This document shows positions 50,800 through 57,803 of a stretch of 57,803 nt of DNA, piece after piece. Every line of letters begins with the position of its first letter. Position 1 is the stretch's first letter. Source of the DNA: Candidatus Daviesbacteria bacterium (lineage in GTDB: Bacteria; Patescibacteriota; Microgenomatia; Daviesbacterales; UBA10151); the NCBI GenBank assembly GCA_016176415.1, contig JACOXH010000017.1, forward strand, positions 1-57,803. Reading direction: 5' to 3'. The position numbers and the translations under genes were made by a program. Below the pieces are notes generated by a model. The model had not been told where the DNA came from, made no database searches, and saw nothing but the letters and a program-made list of their open reading frames with translations.

Positions 50800-51420
50800 A
50801 TGATCAAATATGCTGCCGTAATTTTGATCTCGGGTATCTTGTTTGGTCTGGTTTTTACCGCTTACGCAAAGACTGCCGAAAGCAATATACCAGCTCCTTC
50901 TGCTGCTCCTAAATCAACCGTTACACCTATTCCTTCCCTAACGCCTACACCTTCTCCAACGCCGGCTGTGACGCCTGTACCGACTCCTACACCAACTCCT
51001 GTTCCTACACCTGTACCTATTGTTGCCCCGACATCTCAACCCACCCCTGTGTCCACTCCAGCGCCTGTTGTGGGACAGGGAAGTTCTTTTATTGATCAAA
51101 TTAACAGCTACCGCAATTCCCTGGGTCTGTCTTCTGTAGTATCTGATTCCTATACCTGTAACTTTGCCAAAATTAGAGTAGAAGAAATTGTAAGCAATTT
51201 CAGCCATGATGGTTTTAACAGCAGGGTCAGCAGCGGTTCCCTGCCTTATCCTTCTTACAAATTGGTGACTGAAAATCTGGCTATAACGGCCAACCCTGCT
51301 GATGTGGTAAATATGTGGATTAACTCTCCCGGACATGCTGCTAACTTAAGAGCAAACACTACTTATGCCTGTGTAGAAGTTTCAGGCAACTACTATGCCT
51401 TTGAGGCCTGGACTCCCTGA
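50800..51420 (+). CDS. secreted CAP/SCP (YkwD-like) domain protein with a Pro/Thr-rich linker
   Basis: Signal/TM anchor, a (TPxP)n linker, then ...YRNSLGL...HDGF...WINSPGHAANL... Confidence 0.7.
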   Translation: MIKYAAVILISGILFGLVFTAYAKTAESNIPAPSAAPKSTVTPIPSLTPTPSPTPAVTPVPTPTPTPVPTPVPIVAPTSQPTPVSTPAPVVGQGSSFIDQINSYRNSLGLSSVVSDSYTCNFAKIRVEEIVSNFSHDGFNSRVSSGSLPYPSYKLVTENLAITANPADVVNMWINSPGHAANLRANTTYACVEVSGNYYAFEAWTP

Positions 51421-51451
51421 TAGATCTTGAAGGGTGTGATAAACTAATCTA

Positions 51452-52300
51452 ATGATACCTCCTGATTACTTAAATGTAATTGCTGCATGGTTGTTAGATC
51501 ATGGATTTAAGATTCTGGTTATCCTGACAGGTTCATTAATTGTGCATAAATTTGCCCATATTATTGTTGACAGGATGATCCGTAAGGCAGTTGCTTCAGA
51601 CAGATTTATTTCAGCAGAAGCGGAGAAGAAAAGAGAAGATACTTTGATTGCAGTATTTCATCAGATATTTGCCGTAGGTATTTGGCTTCTGGCAGGACTG
51701 ATGATTCTTTCTGAAATTGGTATTAATACCACTCCCCTGCTTGCAGGAGCAGGAATAATCGGGTTGGCTTTTGGTTTTGGCGGACAATATCTTATTAAGG
51801 ATTTAATCTCAGGCTTTTTTATCTTTTTGGAAAATCAATACAGGATCGGTGACGTAGTTTGTTTTGGCGATACCTGCGGGCTGGTTGAAAAAACTACTCT
51901 CCGTACAACCACCTTAAGGGATTTAGACGGGGTTGTTCATCATGTACCCAACGGTGAAATAAAAACAGCCTCTAATTTATCCAAGTATTTTTCCAGAGTT
52001 AATTTAAATATTGGTATTGCCTATAATTCTGATCTTGAGAAAGTTATTAAAGTGGTTAATGAAGTGGGCAACGAATTGGCAGAAGATAAAGACTGGAAAG
52101 AGATGATTGTTAAGCCTCCTCAATTTTTACGGGTTGATGACTTTGGAGATTCTGCAATCATTATTAAAATATTAGGTGAAACAAAACCAATAAAACAATG
52201 GGATGTGGCAGGAGAATTGAGAAAGAGATTAAAAATTGCCTTTGATAAACACAATATTGAAATCCCCTTCCCCCAGCGGGTTATCCATCAGGTAAAATAA
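51452..52300 (+). CDS. small-conductance mechanosensitive channel (MscS family)
   Basis: Three TM helices and the motif ...GGQYLIKDLISGFFIFLENQYRIGDVV... Confidence 0.85.
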   Translation: MIPPDYLNVIAAWLLDHGFKILVILTGSLIVHKFAHIIVDRMIRKAVASDRFISAEAEKKREDTLIAVFHQIFAVGIWLLAGLMILSEIGINTTPLLAGAGIIGLAFGFGGQYLIKDLISGFFIFLENQYRIGDVVCFGDTCGLVEKTTLRTTTLRDLDGVVHHVPNGEIKTASNLSKYFSRVNLNIGIAYNSDLEKVIKVVNEVGNELAEDKDWKEMIVKPPQFLRVDDFGDSAIIIKILGETKPIKQWDVAGELRKRLKIAFDKHNIEIPFPQRVIHQVK

Positions 52301-52305
52301 AAAGC

Positions 52306-53070
52306 CTATTTCTTTTTAATTAAGCCTTCAAAAGCGCGGAGTATTTCAAGGGGGGTGACAAAAACAATCGTGTTGTTTTTATCTGCTGATAATTCTGAAA
52401 GTGTTTGTAAGGTTCTGACATGCAGGCCTCCGGCTGTTTTGGCAAGCCTGCCAGCTGCTATGGCAATGTTTTCTGCAGCAGCTTTTTCGCCCTCTGCTCT
52501 TATGACTATTGCCCTTCTTTCCCTTTCTGCTTCAGCCTGACGGGCTATGACCCTTTTCATCTCATCAGGGAGAATAATATCTTTCAGTTCAACTGATTCT
52601 ACCTTTACTCCCCACGGATCTGTTGCCATGTCAATAATTTTTTGAATTTTGTTTGCTACCTGCTCCCGTTTGGATAAAAGATCATCCAAAGATGTTTCAC
52701 CGATAACATTTCTCATAGTAGTTTGGGCAAGCTGTGAAACTGCAAAGAAAAAATCTTCTACTTCTAAAACTGCTTTTCTGGCAGCAGCGATACGGTAATA
52801 AATGACGGCATTAACGCGCGCGGATACATTATCGCGGGTGATTGCTTCCTGATCGGGAACATCAACAGCTTTAACGCGGATATCTATTCTTTGCCAGCCC
52901 TCAATAACCGGCCAGACAATTCTCCATCCTGGCATCATTTCATCTTTAAATTTTCCAAATCTGAACCTTACTCCTCTTTCAAACTGATTGACTTGTTTAA
53001 CAGAAGATGCAAGCACTAAAAGGAAAGTAAAAAGCAGGATTAATCCCGGAAGACTGAATAAAAGGGCCAT
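52306..53070 (-). CDS. SPFH/band-7 (stomatin-prohibitin) family protein
   Basis: N-terminal anchor, QFERGVRFRFGKF..., and the C-terminal ...ARQAEAERERRA... helix. Confidence 0.85.
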   Translation of the reverse strand: MALLFSLPGLILLFTFLLVLASSVKQVNQFERGVRFRFGKFKDEMMPGWRIVWPVIEGWQRIDIRVKAVDVPDQEAITRDNVSARVNAVIYYRIAAARKAVLEVEDFFFAVSQLAQTTMRNVIGETSLDDLLSKREQVANKIQKIIDMATDPWGVKVESVELKDIILPDEMKRVIARQAEAERERRAIVIRAEGEKAAAENIAIAAGRLAKTAGGLHVRTLQTLSELSADKNNTIVFVTPLEILRAFEGLIKKK

Positions 53071-53094
53071 TTCGCAGTAATATTACCCAAAAGC

Positions 53095-54285
53095 TTAATC
53101 CATATCAAGGGCTAAACCACCCCACGTAAAATTCTTTGCTCCCAGCCCTTCTCCTGTTAAGGGATTAAAATATTCCCTGAAGCCTGATTTATCAATCAAC
53201 TCCAGAGAAGATCTTTTGATTTCTTCCGCTTCCTCCTTCAGACCGTACTTCATAAGCCCCTTATAGATAAACCAATTTGTAGCAATCCATGTTGGCCCGC
53301 GCCAAAAACCTTTGGGGTCAAAGGCAGGTTCATCCAAAGCAGTAGTGGGGACAGGATACTTTGGCCAGAATTCTTTTTTGTTAAACAAATGTTTTGTTAC
53401 CAGTTTTGTTGCCTCTTCCCGGCTTAAAATTTCTGCAAACAAAGGGGTAAAAATTGCCCATGTTTTTACTTTTATTTTTTTATAATCTTTTCCGTAAGTT
53501 GAATAAAAAAGCCCGTCATCCATCATGAACTCTCTCATGGCTATGGCAATATCTTCTGCCTGCTTCATAAAATAAATAGCATCCTCATCAATTTTCAGTT
53601 CAGCAGCAATTTTGGCAAGAAGCTTTAGATTTGCAACCATAATAGAATTAAAAGCAGTGTCTTTGACCCAAAAGAAATTTCTCATACAAAAGGGAGCGTC
53701 AAATTTACACTCTATATTTTGGGTCACAAGTTCCAGACGTCTTTTAAGACTTTGATCCCTTGTCTGCTTTGGGGGTAGACCAAGCGGCAGGTCAAAGCGG
53801 GGAGAATTGTCTTCACCTGACTCATCAGGGTTCATGATTCCTATCAAGTGTTTTTCATGAGGGTCCCTGTCATTTAGCAGGTATTTGTAAAAATGGTAAA
53901 GATGAGTATAGATTTGTTCTAAAAATTTTCTGTCTTTATCTTCCTTAAAGATCTGCCAGACTGCATAAGCTAACATGGGAGGTTGAGTAATGGTGCTGGT
54001 GCCGTCTTTCCCCCATTCAATTTTGGGAAAAGCAGCTTTTCTGCTGTTTTTCCAGTAGATCATATGAGGGATCATGCCGTTGGGAAGCTGTTTTGATAAA
54101 AGGGCAAAAATTTCTGCCTTTGCGTCATCTGCTTTATAATGGGATAAAATTATGGCGTGAAAGCATGAATCCCAAAGCCACTGGTATGGATAGGTATCAG
54201 CAGAGGGAACGGTATAATGAAAGCCGTCAGTTAGCATTCTGTTCTTTTGAAGTACTTTCAAATAAAGATTGTCCATCTCATCCAT
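53095..54285 (-). CDS. six-hairpin glycoside hydrolase (GH63/trehalase-like)
   Basis: YQWLWDSCFHA and ...FWRGPTWIATNW... motifs. Adjacent to otsBA. Confidence 0.6.
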   Translation of the reverse strand: MDEMDNLYLKVLQKNRMLTDGFHYTVPSADTYPYQWLWDSCFHAIILSHYKADDAKAEIFALLSKQLPNGMIPHMIYWKNSRKAAFPKIEWGKDGTSTITQPPMLAYAVWQIFKEDKDRKFLEQIYTHLYHFYKYLLNDRDPHEKHLIGIMNPDESGEDNSPRFDLPLGLPPKQTRDQSLKRRLELVTQNIECKFDAPFCMRNFFWVKDTAFNSIMVANLKLLAKIAAELKIDEDAIYFMKQAEDIAIAMREFMMDDGLFYSTYGKDYKKIKVKTWAIFTPLFAEILSREEATKLVTKHLFNKKEFWPKYPVPTTALDEPAFDPKGFWRGPTWIATNWFIYKGLMKYGLKEEAEEIKRSSLELIDKSGFREYFNPLTGEGLGAKNFTWGGLALDMD

Positions 54286-54336
54286 ATAAATACTATACCA
54301 TTTAAAAACAATTGCTTTTTAGGTAAAATATCCGTT

Positions 54337-55056
54337 ATGCAAAAAAACCGGGATCAGAAACATTGGGAGACAGTAGCCCATTCCTATAATGCTTTTTGGA
54401 GAAGTAAGGCAAAGCAGGAACTAAGTAAAAAAGAGCTAAATTTTATTAATTCATTTTTAAATAAAACCAAAGGAAGATATATTTTGGATATCGGTGTGGG
54501 TTCAGGCAGGATAATTGATAATTATCTGAAGGAATCATCTGCAAAAGAAATCTATGGAGTTGACTGGGCAAAAAGTATGGTCGAATTCTGCAGGAACAGA
54601 TTCAAAAATGACAGACGCGTGAGAAGTATAAAAGTGTGTAATATTTCCAGCGAAAAACTCCCTTTTAATCAAAAATTTGATTTCATTTCTGCAATCAGGG
54701 TTTTAAAATACAATAGTAATTGGCAGGCAATTATCGGAAATTATATTAACAAGTTAACAGATAATGGTGTATTCGTTTTTACCATGCCGAATAAAAATTC
54801 TTTTTTAAGATTTACTAAACCCGAAACTTCAATTTATAGTACAACCAGGACAGAACTGGAAAGAACGGTCCGTAAACAAAAAGGGGAAATTATCAAAATT
54901 ACAAGTTTTATGAAATTGCCTGATGTTTTTTATGACATTTCGGACAATAGCTTCTATGTCAGTACGCTTTTGCAGTTTGAAAAAATACTAAGAAATATTT
55001 TTGGGGAAACATTTTTAAGCAGAATCTTTTTTATCTCGATAAAACCCCGACTGTGA
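54337..55056 (+). CDS. class I SAM-dependent methyltransferase
   Basis: Motif I ILDIGVGSGRI. ATG at 54337 chosen to avoid overlap with the divergent upstream gene (track start 54247). Confidence 0.7.
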   Translation: MQKNRDQKHWETVAHSYNAFWRSKAKQELSKKELNFINSFLNKTKGRYILDIGVGSGRIIDNYLKESSAKEIYGVDWAKSMVEFCRNRFKNDRRVRSIKVCNISSEKLPFNQKFDFISAIRVLKYNSNWQAIIGNYINKLTDNGVFVFTMPNKNSFLRFTKPETSIYSTTRTELERTVRKQKGEIIKITSFMKLPDVFYDISDNSFYVSTLLQFEKILRNIFGETFLSRIFFISIKPRL

Positions 55057-55129
55057 AGTCGTGGGTTTTCTAAAGCCGGACGAAGTCCGATCGAGAGAAG
55101 ATACCCCGACCGTAAGGTTGCGGGTAGAT

Positions 55130-55918
55130 TCATAACAGTCCGTTTATCTTCTTCAAAAAGATAGAGACGTCATTTATATTTTTTAGATAATATTTAGCCT
55201 GTGATTTGGAATTTTTTCCTACTACTACTGTGATGTCATTTTTAAAATCTCCAAAGGCGTTTTCATCTGTAGTATCATCCCCGATTACAACCACAACAGG
55301 ATGTGATTTTGTTTTTGAGTAAATTTCTCCCATAATCAGTTTGGCAAAATCTCCTTTATTCCACTCTGCCTTTGGGAGTATGTCAACCTCTTTCTTTCCT
55401 GATACCTGCGATATTAATTTATTATCCAAAAAAGGTTTGATTACTTCATCAAGCGCAGATTTAATTTCTTTTGCTTTACTTTGTTCTGCCATCCTGTAGT
55501 GAAAACCCAAAGCTATCTTTTTATCTTCTATTAAAACTCCGCCGTATTTTTCGGCAATTTGTTTAGTCTTAAGGCGGATTTTTTTTATAACAGGTACAGC
55601 TTTTTCTGCAGCCGGATGCAGAAATTTTTTCCCGAAAAAATTACCCTGCAGCCCGTGGTTACCGGCGTAAATTATGTTTGGGATTCCGATTTTTGCTTTG
55701 ATATCAGAAAGTTCCCTGCCGCTTATAATACCGAGATAAAAATTTTGGTTTTTGGAAAGATTAAGAAGTATCTGTTTTGTTTCCGGAGGTAATTTTGCCT
55801 GGTCAGGCCGTTTAACAATGGGAGCAAGTGTGCCGTCAAAATCCAGTAAAATGAGTTTCGGAGAGTTGCTTTTTAAAAGGGCGGTAATTTTATTTAAATC
55901 GTTCCATAAATATTTCAT
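55130..55918 (-). CDS. otsB: trehalose-6-phosphate phosphatase (HAD family)
   Basis: LLDFDGTLAPI (DxDGT) and ...IGDDTTDE... The ATG at 55918 overlaps the otsA stop (ATGA). Confidence 0.8.
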   Translation of the reverse strand: MKYLWNDLNKITALLKSNSPKLILLDFDGTLAPIVKRPDQAKLPPETKQILLNLSKNQNFYLGIISGRELSDIKAKIGIPNIIYAGNHGLQGNFFGKKFLHPAAEKAVPVIKKIRLKTKQIAEKYGGVLIEDKKIALGFHYRMAEQSKAKEIKSALDEVIKPFLDNKLISQVSGKKEVDILPKAEWNKGDFAKLIMGEIYSKTKSHPVVVVIGDDTTDENAFGDFKNDITVVVGKNSKSQAKYYLKNINDVSIFLKKINGLL

Positions 55919-57803
55919 CCTAAATTCACAATTGTCCTCAAAAGTTCTGCAGACCACCGGTAAACATTGTGGTTTTTAATAATTTCTCTCATATCTTTCA
56001 TTCTTTTTTCCTGTTCTTTCGGTGTCATCTCTAAAGCTTCTCTGATAGAATCAGCTGTCTGTTCTGCATTGTAAGGGTTTACAATCAGCGCTTCTTTTAG
56101 TTCTCTTGAGGCTCCTGTATATTGACTTAAGATCAAAACTCCTTTTTCATCATTTCTGGCTGCTGCATATTCTTTTGCCACCAGATTCATTCCGTCATGC
56201 ACGGATGTAACCAGACAAAAATCAGCTGCCATATAGAACTTCTGAAGCTCTTTGTGATCGTGATGTTTTTTCAAAAATACAATCGGTTTCCAGCTGCCTG
56301 TTTTAAAAGTATTATTTATCCTTTCAACTTCTTTTTCCACGTCTTCAGCCAACTCCCGCATTTTCTTGATTTTGGTTCTGGAAGGAGGAGAGATCTGAAT
56401 AAAGGTAAATTGTTCTTTGTATTTGGGGTTGTTGGTCAGAAAAATCTCAATTGCCTTCAGGCGTTCAGGAATTCCTTTAATATAGTCAAGTCTGTCAACG
56501 CCCAGCCCGATATATTTTGATTTGATCCCCAGATTTCTAATTAATTCTTCAGATTCCTTTTTGGCGTTTTCCAGCGCCTGTTTATCGTGACCGTTGCTGT
56601 TTGAGAATGCAATGCTGATGGGGAAAGGTTTAACAAATGATTCGTGATTATTTCTGGTAATTGTAAAGCGCTCAAAGTCGATTAAGGATTCAAGTTCGCG
56701 TCCGACTGTCTCAATAAAATTATTGCAGTAAAGTTGGGTATGAAATCCTATCAAATCCGCTCCCATCATTCCCTCAAGAACTTCCTTTTTCCAGGGGCAA
56801 ATACTGAAAGATTCGGGGTTTGGCCACGGAATATGCCAAAAGAGTCCCACTACTGCACTGGGTTTTTGCTGCTTGATCATTTTGGGAACCAAAGCCAGTT
56901 GATAATCCTGTACCAAAACAATGGGTCTTTCCTGATTCTTTATTTCGGCGAGTATAGTATCGGCAAATTTTTGGTTAACTTGCTGATACTGCTGCCAGTC
57001 TTCTTTTCTGAAGGTGGGGCGGTTGTGGGCAATGTGACAAAGCGGCCACAATCCTTCGTTGGAAAAACCAAAATAATAACCCGCTTCCTCCTCTTCTGTT
57101 ATCCAGACGCGTTTTAGTGTATATTTGGGTTCTTCAGGCGGCACCTTAATCTTGTCATACCGGTCAACTACTAATTTATCCGCATCCCCGCTTCCCTGCG
57201 CAATCCATGTTCCGCCCGTGGCCTGCATTACAGGCTCGATTGCAGTTACAGGACCGCTTGCAGGCATATAATAATCTATTTTTCCGCCGTTTTTAGTATG
57301 AATGTAAGGCTCGCGGTTGGAAACAATATAAATAGGTCTTCCTTTTAAAATATCTTTAACAAATCCTTTCAGTCTTTCTGCCGTCCATGGAGAATTGACT
57401 TCATCGAGACGCAGTCTGGCTTCCTCGCTGGCAGTTGAACGGGCTTCCTGCAAGGACCTTCTGATATTGGTAATTTCGTTAACTAAAGGACGGAAAAAGA
57501 ATGAATTAGTGGGCCCTTTTGAATCCGGTGCTCCGCCGCTCCCGCCGCCCCCGCCGCCTGCTCTTGCTGTTTTTAAGGAATCAACAAGGTTTTTTATAGG
57601 GGAATAGATAAGCCATCTGATAAGAAGCAGCGTTGCCATGGAAAGTAGTCCTGCCTGAATAGCCAGTCTTAAAAGGTTATTTTTCCATATTTCATTGAGC
57701 CGGTCATCTATATAACCTGCGTTTTGCATAACCATCATTGCTCCTACCACGCTGTTAGTATCGCGCAGAGGAACAGCCAGCATGTAGATTTTTTTAGTGT
57801 TTA
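55915..57803 (-). CDS. otsA: trehalose-6-phosphate synthase (GT20) with an N-terminal sensor-like/TM extension; N-terminus runs off the window
   Basis: GT20 core (...IVSNREP...GGTWIAQG...GFSNEGLWPLCH...LWHIPWP...YTGASREL...). The frame stays open upstream of the ATG at 57783 to the window edge. A poly-Gly linker follows a TM helix. Confidence 0.85.
   Translation of the reverse strand, partial: NTKKIYMLAVPLRDTNSVVGAMMVMQNAGYIDDRLNEIWKNNLLRLAIQAGLLSMATLLLIRWLIYSPIKNLVDSLKTARAGGGGGGSGGAPDSKGPTNSFFFRPLVNEITNIRRSLQEARSTASEEARLRLDEVNSPWTAERLKGFVKDILKGRPIYIVSNREPYIHTKNGGKIDYYMPASGPVTAIEPVMQATGGTWIAQGSGDADKLVVDRYDKIKVPPEEPKYTLKRVWITEEEEAGYYFGFSNEGLWPLCHIAHNRPTFRKEDWQQYQQVNQKFADTILAEIKNQERPIVLVQDYQLALVPKMIKQQKPSAVVGLFWHIPWPNPESFSICPWKKEVLEGMMGADLIGFHTQLYCNNFIETVGRELESLIDFERFTITRNNHESFVKPFPISIAFSNSNGHDKQALENAKKESEELIRNLGIKSKYIGLGVDRLDYIKGIPERLKAIEIFLTNNPKYKEQFTFIQISPPSRTKIKKMRELAEDVEKEVERINNTFKTGSWKPIVFLKKHHDHKELQKFYMAADFCLVTSVHDGMNLVAKEYAAARNDEKGVLILSQYTGASRELKEALIVNPYNAEQTADSIREALEMTPKEQEKRMKDMREIIKNHNVYRWSAELLRTIVNLG

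Noticed and set aside
50938-51336. 132-aa arginine-rich minus-strand ORF
   Set aside because: It is antisense to the Pro/Thr-linker region of the CAP-domain gene, a typical shadow ORF of a GC-skewed repeat.

Overview
AT-rich bacterial chromosomal segment. The gene content looks like a small-genome Patescibacteria/CPR-type organism, but that assignment is an inference. Stops at the ends of conserved genes fit the standard code, with TGA as stop. The backbone is housekeeping: archaeal-type tyrS (partial), an F1Fo ATP synthase operon, three GT2 glycosyltransferases, PBP1A, pheST, rplT-rpmI-infC-thrS, murT/gatD, a yvcK-like gene, glycogen/trehalose genes (GDE-like, GT4, GH63-like, otsBA), glmS, MscS and SPFH. 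I hand-folded 11 tRNA genes. Five things stand out. (1) A tRNA-Leu(UAA) gene is interrupted in its anticodon loop by a 153-nt insert, and that insert contains a complete tRNA-Leu(UAG) gene. An 'empty' copy of the insert lies 3 kb away. (2) A ~10.5 kb island sits at the 3' end of tRNA-Gln. It carries a large serine recombinase bracketed by perfect 85-bp inverted repeats, an internal attP-like junction, and 92-bp perfect inverted repeats around the 8.6 kb cargo. It also has a ~1 kb ORF-free, GC-rich, helix-rich stretch, a cluster of eight CCACAAT iterons, and tRNA-end direct repeats. (3) Several families of short palindromic repeats are nested in each other and inserted in frame into essential genes (atpG, pheT, murT, a GT2). 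(4) atpC is separated from atpD by a 2.4 kb block that includes two beta-carbonic-anhydrase-motif genes. (5) Four tRNAs show a co-varying D-loop/T-loop anomaly. All product calls rest on my own motif recognition; no database search was possible.
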